50,766 nucleotides of DNA from Alphaproteobacteria bacterium (lineage in GTDB: Bacteria > Pseudomonadota > Alphaproteobacteria > CAAHEQ01 > UBA3637). Each line of letters opens with the position of its first letter. Positions within the stretch are counted from its first letter, which is position 1. Shown here piece after piece: positions 6,888-13,906 of the stretch. A program made the position numbers and the translations under genes. The notes beneath the pieces are model-generated. The model had not been told where the DNA came from, did no database searches, and was given only the letters and a program-made list of their open reading frames with translations. The stretch lies in the NCBI GenBank assembly GCA_017457425.1, contig JAFTHM010000001.1, positions 1 to 50,766 on the forward strand. Reading direction: 5' to 3'.

Positions 6888-8402
6888 TTATTTAAATGAT
6901 ACTGAGCGTCTTTCCGTTGCTTGTTTTGGTTGTTCATCAGTTGAACCGACCGTTTTATTGGCTTCTTCATATACCTTCATTAACTCGGCATAGTCAAGTG
7001 GAATATCTTTTCCTTTAACGTTTAATCTACCACCACCAAAAACAAGCTCATTACTCTTGAATGACAACACACGGTTTTCACCATCAGCGACAACACGGCC
7101 CACAATGTCAACCATACCAGCGATTTTTGACGCTAATTTTTCTTGAATGTTTGGTCGAATAGTCGTTAAACTTGAACCGCCTTTATTCGTGATATTTTTA
7201 GAAGCGTCTTCATGACTTATTAAAATGATGTTTTCATAATCAAGATTTGTTAAACGTTTAATCTGATCGAGGAACTCTTTACGGATAATGTCATAACCTT
7301 TACCAAACCCAGCGTCTGATTCGTGATCAATATCCAGGTTTTCATACTCATAAGCACGGCAATGTTCATAAGTATCTTCAAGCAAGTCAACAACGATTGT
7401 TTTGAAGTCGTTTTGTTTCTTTTCCAATTCGTCAATGACTTCTTTGAATACTTCCCACGCTGGTTTTCTTTTGGTAATGCGACCTTCAACCGTTACTTGG
7501 TCTTTAATGGCAATGAATGGAGCGTCAACAAATCGGATGTTTCCGTCTGTATTCAGCATTAACGGATCATTAAATTTATTGGCCAAGAACGTTTTACCTG
7601 AAAACGGTGCTCCATAAATCCAAATGACTTTTTTATCAATTTTATTGATGTTTCTTCTTTCTTTACTTGGTAATAGCATAGTATCGTCCTTTCTTTCACA
7701 ATATGCTTGATATTCGCACCAAGGGCAAAGCCTTGACGCATTCTTCGGGAATTCAACCGCTGCTTTAATCGTTTCAACGGATTCTAGGTATTCCCGCACC
7801 TTTTGGAAGTCATAATCTACCTTGACGATTTTGACTTCCTTTTTGCTCAATTCCTCACATAAGCGTTTGCGGAACTGATACAAATTCTCAGTTTTCTTTT
7901 GCCTGATCATAACCTTTGGCAAAAAGATAAAATGTAAATTATCAATAACGTGGCCAGGATTCATTTTTTCATAAAAATATTTATAAACGTGTAATTGGCC
8001 CGATTTTAAATAATTGTCAACATTATTTGAATACTTGAAATCATATAGATCAAAGTGATTGTTGCCTTTGGGAACCAATAAATCCATATAACCGACAAAC
8101 TCATCATCTTCAACTTTAAGCTCAAACAAGCCGTCCGGTATTAACTCTTTACCCTTTGCAATTACATATTCCAACTTAATAGTTTCATTTACTTGTAAAT
8201 CGCTGATAATCGGATAATTTGAAAGATAATCCATTAAACCGGCTTCAATCGTTTTTTCCAAACCAGTATGAACCGCCGTTCCAAGATATAATGGATTATT
8301 GGCGTCATCATTCGGAAATGTTTTAACCTTTTCCACATACCGTAAAAAATACTGATAAGGGCAAGTGTTAAACGTTGATACTCGGCTATAACTGAATTTC
8401 AT
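6888..8402 (-). CDS. Fusion of a Cas4/RecB-like PD-(D/E)XK nuclease with an AAA_24 (Sak4-like) ATPase
   Basis: N-terminal half: CPYQYF ... DLYDFKY ... CPWCEYQAYC (1+3 Cys cluster). C-terminal half: IWIYGAPFSGKTFLANKF..LMLNTDGN. Confidence 0.7.
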   Translation of the reverse strand: MKFSYSRVSTFNTCPYQYFLRYVEKVKTFPNDDANNPLYLGTAVHTGLEKTIEAGLMDYLSNYPIISDLQVNETIKLEYVIAKGKELIPDGLFELKVEDDEFVGYMDLLVPKGNNHFDLYDFKYSNNVDNYLKSGQLHVYKYFYEKMNPGHVIDNLHFIFLPKVMIRQKKTENLYQFRKRLCEELSKKEVKIVKVDYDFQKVREYLESVETIKAAVEFPKNASRLCPWCEYQAYCERKDDTMLLPSKERRNINKIDKKVIWIYGAPFSGKTFLANKFNDPLMLNTDGNIRFVDAPFIAIKDQVTVEGRITKRKPAWEVFKEVIDELEKKQNDFKTIVVDLLEDTYEHCRAYEYENLDIDHESDAGFGKGYDIIRKEFLDQIKRLTNLDYENIILISHEDASKNITNKGGSSLTTIRPNIQEKLASKIAGMVDIVGRVVADGENRVLSFKSNELVFGGGRLNVKGKDIPLDYAELMKVYEEANKTVGSTDEQPKQATERRSVSFK

Positions 8403-8737
8403 TATAAATACTCCGTTATTAAATTTTTAAAGGCTTCAAAATCTTTTGGGTGAACCACAACACCCCGACCGCCAGACATGTTAATTTGATTTAACATGAA
8501 CAATTGAAGTTCATCCGGCTTTCCGGTTTCAGATTTTAATTCAACCTCAAGTGAATGGCCATGAATGCAAATGTGCATATCTGGTAATCCTTTCTTTGTG
8601 AACATACCACCCCAACGCTTTTCAAAATATCCAACCGGTGGAACTGGCATTTTATCTCGTGCCGTTCCCAAAGGATAAACCCCCACGCTTTTGAGATAGT
8701 TTTTAATTTTGTTTTCAAATTGTTTTTCTTTTCCCAT
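8402..8737 (-). CDS. VRR-NUC / Holliday-junction-resolvase-like nuclease
   Basis: GLPDMHICIHGHSLEVELK (PD...ExK). ATG 8737 has GAGG 6 nt upstream. Confidence 0.65.
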   Translation of the reverse strand: MGKEKQFENKIKNYLKSVGVYPLGTARDKMPVPPVGYFEKRWGGMFTKKGLPDMHICIHGHSLEVELKSETGKPDELQLFMLNQINMSGGRGVVVHPKDFEAFKNLITEYL

Positions 8738-8775
8738 TTTTATCCTCACTTGTTATTTAACTTGATACAAAATTT

Positions 8776-8813
8776 TTTAGATAAAATCAATAAAAAAAAT
8801 GATTTTATCTAAA
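8776..8813. promoter_or_regulatory. Perfect 14-bp inverted repeat, TTTAGATAAAATCA-N10-TGATTTTATCTAAA
   Basis: Read directly from the sequence. It lies in the 89-bp gap between the SNF2 and VRR-NUC genes and contains the TTTAGAT motif. Confidence 0.6.
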
Positions 8814-8826
8814 TTATTTTATAAAC

Positions 8827-10113
8827 CTATGTTTTCAAAAGTGTTTTTTCTTCTTCCTCAAACAATCGGTTAGTATAATCTTGACGCTTTTTCAAAGTGT
8901 CTAAAATCTTTTCTTCTATTGAATTTTTGCAAATCAACGTGTAATAAAAGCACCGGTTTAATTGACCGATTCGGTGAGTTCTCTTTTTACTTTGCTCAAA
9001 GAGTTCACTGGATAATGGCAATGTGAAATAAACAATTTTGTTCGCCTTTTGCAAATTATGACCCATTGCTGCGGCTTGATATTGACAAAGCGTTACTGAA
9101 TTATCATTGGTTTCATAATTAGTCAAATCCTTGACACTACCGTTTATCATAGATATTGGCCTGTTTTTACAAATTCGTTTTAATTGCTCCAATTCTTCAT
9201 TGAAGTTGTAAAACACAATTAAACGGTCATCCGTGCTTTCAAGTAAATCAGCGAACGCTTCCAATTTGTTTTTATTGTATTGACCGCATAACATCCGTTC
9301 ATAAAGCATTCTGGTTAAAGTGGTGTCACCGATAAGGGTTTTATCTTCCAACTCAACAACACGATCTTTTCTGAATTTTCTATATGCCGGAATACAATCA
9401 ACATCAATATTAACGAACATTTGTTCGGGCAATGATAACACATCTTCGGTTTTAAGAAAATGGGCCCCATGCTTTCGTAACATAAATTTCAATTCTTCAA
9501 CATTTTTATAACCCACAACGATTTTAATCGGGAATTGTGAAGTTTTTATGTTGATTTCTTGTTCGATTATGTATTTATCGTAAAACTCCCGTTTGGATAT
9601 ATACCAACCTAATAATTGACATTGTGACCAAAGACGCTCATATCGGCCAGATGTTGGCGTTCCCGACAATAAAACCACATTCTTTGGCTTCATTCGCAAA
9701 AGGAACCGTGACCGTTTTGCCGATTCGTTTTGGATCAATGACGATTCGTCCAGCATAAGAGTGAAATTTTTTATTAAATTGTTTAATTCAGACCTTCGCC
9801 AAACAATGTCATAATTGATGATTATTACACTTTTTCCCTTGCAAAAAGTGTGAATATCTGCACTTTTTCCCTTAAATTTTGTGTAATCAATCACATTCAG
9901 TTCCGGATAAAACTTTTTAAAGTGATTAATCCAGTCTTGAACTTTTGATTTCTGGCAAACAACCAAATTGTATTCATTGCCGAATATACTTAATTTTTCA
10001 CCGCCGGTGTATGTTTTCCCCAAACCCATGTCATGGTAATAAGCGGTTCGGTCAAATTGCTTTGTTTCTTCCAACGCCGCCAGTTGGTGAGGTAATAATT
10101 TTAATTCGCTCAT
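8827..10113 (-). CDS. SNF2-family helicase
   Basis: GLGKT, LMLDESS (DExx), LLSGTP, and HRIGQ motif VI. Confidence 0.85.
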   Translation of the reverse strand: MSELKLLPHQLAALEETKQFDRTAYYHDMGLGKTYTGGEKLSIFGNEYNLVVCQKSKVQDWINHFKKFYPELNVIDYTKFKGKSADIHTFCKGKSVIIINYDIVWRRSELNNLIKNFTLMLDESSLIQNESAKRSRFLLRMKPKNVVLLSGTPTSGRYERLWSQCQLLGWYISKREFYDKYIIEQEINIKTSQFPIKIVVGYKNVEELKFMLRKHGAHFLKTEDVLSLPEQMFVNIDVDCIPAYRKFRKDRVVELEDKTLIGDTTLTRMLYERMLCGQYNKNKLEAFADLLESTDDRLIVFYNFNEELEQLKRICKNRPISMINGSVKDLTNYETNDNSVTLCQYQAAAMGHNLQKANKIVYFTLPLSSELFEQSKKRTHRIGQLNRCFYYTLICKNSIEEKILDTLKKRQDYTNRLFEEEEKTLLKT

Positions 10114-10131
10114 AACCCTATCAACCCCAGT

Positions 10132-10395
10132 TTATAATTCAGACAATACGTTACGATTCGGAATTTCTGAATCTCGCAAATCCTTCATGTAATCAATCTG
10201 TTTAACAGTTTCAAACTTGTGAACCCATTGTTTAGCCGTTAAACAAGTATCACCGCAACAAATGTAATTCACGTTGCCGATTGTTTGCCGTTTACCCTTA
10301 ATGAACCAGGTTCCATCCGGCATTTTAGCACCGCCACACGCCAACGCACTTCCGGTAATGCTGATCAAACAACAAGTTAATATAATAATTCTCAT
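10132..10395 (-). CDS. Secreted or lipid-anchored Cys-rich small protein
   Basis: Signal-like MRIIILTCCLISITGSALAC followed by GG. ATGA overlap with the upstream gene. Confidence 0.5.
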   Translation of the reverse strand: MRIIILTCCLISITGSALACGGAKMPDGTWFIKGKRQTIGNVNYICCGDTCLTAKQWVHKFETVKQIDYMKDLRDSEIPNRNVLSEL

Positions 10396-10577
10396 CCCCG
10401 TTTTCCCATATAATTATTAAACTTCTCTTTAGAAATGTGGTATGTATATCTATTAGACATTTTTACCGCATATCCAAAATCTAAAATTCCCCGTTGTAAT
10501 CCGATTCGCACAAACTGTTGAGAAACACCCATTTCATTAGCAGCTTGAGCCACCGTTATTTTTTTCAAACTCAACAC
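10392..10577 (-). CDS. Small HTH DNA-binding protein (excisionase / MerR-like HTH_17 type)
   Basis: ITVAQAANEMGVSQQFVRIGLQRG helix-turn-helix. GTG or TTG start. Confidence 0.5.
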   Translation of the reverse strand: MLSLKKITVAQAANEMGVSQQFVRIGLQRGILDFGYAVKMSNRYTYHISKEKFNNYMGKRG

Positions 10578-10581
10578 CTAC

Positions 10582-10779
10582 TTAAAAAAATATTTGCTGG
10601 ATTTCATCACCGGTTAAATTATATCTTTTGGCAATTGCTTCAATTTCACTTCTTTTAAATTCACACCGGTTATTCATTTTCATCCAAATGGCGTTTTGAG
10701 TAATACCAATGGCCTCAGCTAATGTGGTTTGAGTGTCGCCGTTAAGAGCCATTTTTGATTTTAATAAATTTACATTCAT
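10582..10779 (-). CDS. Cro-like XRE-family HTH regulator
   Basis: TQTTLAEAIGITQNAIWMKMN. AGAGGTG lies 6 nt before ATG 10779. Divergent from the repressor gene. Confidence 0.7.
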   Translation of the reverse strand: MNVNLLKSKMALNGDTQTTLAEAIGITQNAIWMKMNNRCEFKRSEIEAIAKRYNLTGDEIQQIFF

Positions 10780-10788
10780 CTGTTTCAC

Positions 10789-10975
10789 CTCTTTCTAGTT
10801 GTTAATCTTTTTAAGATACTTTATTGAACAAAGTATCTGGATATTATACTAATATAGTTTTTTTAAAAAATCAATAAAAAAAATATATTTTTTAGATACT
10901 GTAATCTTTTTTTTAGATAAAACCTTAATTTCTATGGTATAATGAATCTGAAAAAGATACTTCATAAAGTAAGGA
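10789..10975. promoter_or_regulatory. Divergent immunity-switch region (repressor and Cro-like promoters with operators)
   Basis: Plus-strand extended -10 TGGTATAAT near 10936-10944 and minus-strand TATAAT near 10841-10846. AGATAC and TTTAGAT sites are listed separately. Confidence 0.6.
10813..10837. promoter_or_regulatory. Operator: perfect inverted repeat AGATACTTT-N7-AAAGTATCT
   Basis: Sits just downstream of the minus-strand -10. Related half-sites occur at 10893, 10955, 41354 and 41383. Confidence 0.6.
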
Positions 10976-10984
10976 ATGATTAAT

Positions 10985-11365
10985 ATGAGCCTCGGTACTA
11001 ACCTTAAAAAATTGAGATTAGAGAAAGGATTGACCCAGGAAGAACTGGGCGAATTATTAGGCGTTAAAAAAGCCGCTGTTCAGAAATATGAAAGCGGCCA
11101 AGTTCAAAATTTAAAACAATCTACTATTAAGAAATTATGTGAGATTTTTAACAAATACCCTTCTTATTTTATATTTGATGATTTTGATCAGGAACTTGAA
11201 AGAAAATTAATAAATGAAATTGGTTATATAGAAATGATTAGTAAAAATTATGGTAATGAAGCGGTTGAAATTTTAGAGATATTTGTTGATTTAAATGAAG
11301 AAAATAAAAAGAAAGTTATTCAATATGCCAATGATATGTCAATTATTCAATCTGTTAAGATTTAA
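10985..11365 (+). CDS. CI-like XRE-family repressor (no S24 peptidase domain)
   Basis: LKKLRLEKGLTQEELGELLGVKKAAVQKYESG. AAGGA lies upstream of ATG 10985. Confidence 0.75.
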   Translation: MSLGTNLKKLRLEKGLTQEELGELLGVKKAAVQKYESGQVQNLKQSTIKKLCEIFNKYPSYFIFDDFDQELERKLINEIGYIEMISKNYGNEAVEILEIFVDLNEENKKKVIQYANDMSIIQSVKI

Positions 11366-11367
11366 AC

Positions 11368-11594
11368 CATCTGTAAAACATATTATTTAATTTAATCAAT
11401 TATTTAACCTAAAAACTTACACTTTAACAGATAAATACAATATATTTATATATTTTCTTATTTATATATTTAACTAATAGTATCTTTTTCATTTTTCTAC
11501 TAAAAGTTATAGAAAATATAAGTGTTTAATCTGTTAAAGTGTAATCGGCACCCAAAAGATATTGAAAATTAAAGGTTTTAAAACTTTACAGATG
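11368..11594. repeat. Nested inverted repeats flanking an AT-rich core, between repressor and integrase
   Basis: Outer pair CATCTGTAAA (11368-11377) / TTTACAGATG (11585-11594). Inner 16-bp pair TTACACTTTAACAGAT (11417-11432) / ATCTGTTAAAGTGTAA (11529-11544). Confidence 0.7.
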
Positions 11595-11613
11595 AAAAAA
11601 GGAAGTGTTAAAA

Positions 11614-12645
11614 ATGAGAAATCCAAACGGATTCGGAACCATTATTAAATTATCCGGAAAACGCCGCCGACCTTACGCCATTCGCATTACCGCTGGCTGG
11701 ACTGATGACGGTAAACAGAAATTTAAATACATCAGTTATCATGAGAAAAAAACGGAAGCAATTCTCGCCTTGGCCGAATTTAATAAAAATCCGTATGATC
11801 TAGACGCCACCAAAATTACATTCAAAGAACTTTATGAAAAATGGAGTTCCATTGAATATCGTACTTTGGCAGATAGCACCGTAAATAATTATAGAAGCAC
11901 GTACAAGCATTGTTCGGCCATTTACGATAAAGTGTTTAGGGAACTCAAAAAAACGCACCTACAAGCCGTTATTGATGAAATAGACGCACCTTCAATGGCT
12001 GAAACAACAAAATTCTTGTTTGGCAAAATGTACACGTTCGCAATCGAGAATGATATTGTTGAGAAAGATTATTCTAAATTTGTTAAATTACCAAAAAAAC
12101 CGGCTGCTAAAAAGAAAATACCATTTTCACCGGATGAAATTAAATATATTTGGGAAAATATCAACCACATTAAATACGCCGATTTTACCCTAATTCTTTT
12201 ATATACAGGAATGAGGATTGGCGAATTGCTTGACATTACAAAAGATGATGTTTTTCTTGACGAACGATATATGATTGGTGGTAAAAAAACTGAGGCCGGA
12301 ATTGACCGTATAATTCCACTTCACAAAGACATTGTACCCTTGATTAAGAAACGAATGGACGAATCGCCAAGTCAATGGTTATTCTTAAATAAACGTGGTC
12401 GAAAACTCCAATATTCACCGTTTATGAAATACCATTGGCCGAATCTCATGGCGGATTTAAACATTGAACATACACCACACGATACACGTCATACGTTCGT
12501 TTCTGAAATGAATAGATTGGGTGTAAATACTATTATAGTAAAACGAATTGTCGGCCACTCTAACGCCGATATTACCGAGCATTATACCCACAAAACCATT
12601 GATGAATTGATTGAAGCGGTGGATAGATTAGAATATAGATTGTAA
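11614..12645 (+). CDS. int: Tyrosine recombinase (phage integrase)
   Basis: TGMRIGELL, HDTRHTF and GHSNADITEHYTH (R..HxxR..Y). AAAAGGAAG lies upstream of ATG 11614. Confidence 0.9.
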   Translation: MRNPNGFGTIIKLSGKRRRPYAIRITAGWTDDGKQKFKYISYHEKKTEAILALAEFNKNPYDLDATKITFKELYEKWSSIEYRTLADSTVNNYRSTYKHCSAIYDKVFRELKKTHLQAVIDEIDAPSMAETTKFLFGKMYTFAIENDIVEKDYSKFVKLPKKPAAKKKIPFSPDEIKYIWENINHIKYADFTLILLYTGMRIGELLDITKDDVFLDERYMIGGKKTEAGIDRIIPLHKDIVPLIKKRMDESPSQWLFLNKRGRKLQYSPFMKYHWPNLMADLNIEHTPHDTRHTFVSEMNRLGVNTIIVKRIVGHSNADITEHYTHKTIDELIEAVDRLEYRL

Positions 12646-12904
12646 CTTACGTGTAACTTTTTTGTATATTGTAGTGAAAAATTAAGCCAAATTTGGACGT
12701 TCATAATTTTAACCCAAACGCTCATAACCCTTGATAACCTTGAATTTATGCTATGTCTGAATCCTCTAAAAATTTACATCTATTCTTCCATCCCTAAAAT
12801 GGACAAAGCATAATATCAGCGGTTTTCAAGGGTATTTGTATATTGTGCGTATACTGAACAAACCACGTTCATTTTTGTAATATCTTACCATAAATAAAAA
12901 GCCA
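12646..12904. other. Candidate attP region
   Basis: Non-coding gap at the int 3' end, facing the end of the late operon. The composite repeat TTTGTATATTGT...ACGTTCAT occurs twice (12661/12698 and 12835/12867). Confidence 0.45.
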
Positions 12905-12926
12905 AAGGTGTCGAATCCGACACCTT
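12905..12926. terminator. Bidirectional terminator at the end of the late operon
   Basis: Stem AAGGTGTCG / CGACACCTT with loop AATC. T-rich tracts follow on both strands, and it begins at the stop of ORF 12925-13200. Confidence 0.65.
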
Positions 12927-13200
12927 ATTTTAATTTTGTTTCCAATCTTTTTAATTTTCGCTCGGCCATTTCATTTAATTCTTTTTCACTATAATTAAAA
13001 ATTAAAAAAAGCTGACGCAATGTGATTAACACATCCACCAGCTCCTCTTTGATTAAATGCCTATTTTCTTCTTTCCGGTTGAAATATTTTAATAGCTCTT
13101 TTTGCAATTCACTCATTTCTTCAACGGCAACAAGTGCTTGTTTTTCAATGCCAAATTGATTAATAGCTTGTAATAAAACCGAATCGCTTATCTTAATCAT
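12925..13200 (-). CDS. MazG-like NTP pyrophosphohydrolase (small all-alpha type)
   Basis: AVEEMSELQKEL ... EELVDVLITLRQL, i.e. the paired EExxE / ExxD helices typical of MazG-like proteins. Confidence 0.55.
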   Translation of the reverse strand: MIKISDSVLLQAINQFGIEKQALVAVEEMSELQKELLKYFNRKEENRHLIKEELVDVLITLRQLFLIFNYSEKELNEMAERKLKRLETKLK

Positions 13201-13439
13201 TAACCCCTCCTTTTGAACATGTTACAATGACAAACCCCATTTTCATTCACGTCTTTTTGGCATTGATTAGAACAACAAAATCTTTCTTCGTTCCCTCGAT
13301 CACAAGGACATTTTCGCCAATTTTCTTCACCAAAAAACCGTAATTTTGCTTTAATGATTTTATCCACATTGTCGGTTAAATCAAAACCGATATTGTCGGC
13401 CATTTCTTTGATTTCCGATTTAATTCTTTCTTCTACCAT
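13200..13439 (-). CDS. Ferredoxin-thioredoxin-reductase catalytic-subunit-like Cys-cluster protein
   Basis: CPC-x8-CC-x3-C-x9-CHCNMF resembles the FTR-beta CPC...CPC...CHCMLF signature. Confidence 0.5.
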   Translation of the reverse strand: MVEERIKSEIKEMADNIGFDLTDNVDKIIKAKLRFFGEENWRKCPCDRGNEERFCCSNQCQKDVNENGVCHCNMFKRRG

Positions 13440-13537
13440 TTTTTAACCCCTATAAATCTTAAAAACCGTATATACCATTTAACTTTTGGTTTTGGTGGCA
13501 TTAACACCTCAACAAAAGGTTCAACTGTTTTTTTCAT
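13430..13537 (-). CDS. Possible 35-aa ORF linking the o-spanin candidate to the FTR-like gene
   Basis: ATGA overlap with the o-spanin stop, and a 10-nt overlap with the next start. MKKTVEPFVEVLMPPKPKVKWYIRFLRFIGVKKW; weak RBS. Confidence 0.3.
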
Positions 13538-13698
13538 TGAGCTTCATCCAATTCAATCATGCAATTAACAATGTCACCATACGTTTGAACTGTCGCACGG
13601 CAATTATTATGAATGCGATTACTTTTTGGAACCCCGCACCCATTCAACGATATTATCATCAATTGGCATATAATAGCAATTACAATCTTTTTCAACAT
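13534..13698 (-). CDS. Candidate o-spanin (outer-membrane lipoprotein, 54 aa), below the ORF-track cutoff
   Basis: Translated by hand: MLKKIVIAIICQLMIISLNGCGVPKSNRIHNNCRATVQTYGDIVNCMIELDEAQ. It has a basic-hydrophobic signal with an L-N-G-C lipobox and starts inside the last 80 nt of the i-spanin candidate in another frame. Confidence 0.5.
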   Translation of the reverse strand: MLKKIVIAIICQLMIISLNGCGVPKSNRIHNNCRATVQTYGDIVNCMIELDEAQ

Positions 13699-13906
13699 AC
13701 TTAATTTTCTCTTGTATTTTGGTTATTGTTTGACTCGCTGTTTTTTGCGAATCGTTAAAATCATTGATACTTGCCGTTAAACCTTCATTTTTAAGCCGTA
13801 AAGCGGCGTTATCTTCTTTTAGACTTGTTACTTCTGAAAAAAGAAAACGACACCCCACGGCTAAAATAATGACGATTACACTTAAAATCAAGATGATGTA
13901 TTTCAT
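13619..13906 (-). CDS. Candidate i-spanin (N-terminal TM anchor plus coiled coil, 95 aa)
   Basis: ATG 13906 overlaps the amidase stop (TAATG). MKYIILILSVIVIILAV TM segment, then a heptad-rich region. Confidence 0.5.
   Translation of the reverse strand: MKYIILILSVIVIILAVGCRFLFSEVTSLKEDNAALRLKNEGLTASINDFNDSQKTASQTITKIQEKIKYVEKDCNCYYMPIDDNIVEWVRGSKK

Noticed and set aside
7250-7489. Same-strand nested ORFs in alternative frames. This one is an example; others are at 7559-7777, 8536-8718, 14118-14315, 24555-24809, 25906-26178, 32255-32506, 34301-34501, 39775-40020, 45179-45361 and 46213-46395.
   Set aside because: They are fully embedded in better-supported genes, with no coupling signals or recognisable motifs. 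The o-spanin candidate at 13534-13698 is the exception, and I kept it.
12905-12926. The GTCGAATCC string resembles a tRNA T-loop, which could mean a tRNA fragment or attachment core.
   Set aside because: The element folds as a 9-bp stem with a 4-nt loop, not a 5-bp stem with a 7-nt loop. No acceptor, D or anticodon arms can be drawn around it, and it sits exactly where a terminator is expected. It could still overlap attP, but I cannot support a tRNA call.
13486-13704. A plus-strand 72-aa ORF in the apparent gap after the lysis genes.
   Set aside because: The gap is better explained by the minus-strand o-spanin candidate and a coupled 35-aa ORF. The plus-strand ORF has no RBS and would be antisense to the operon.
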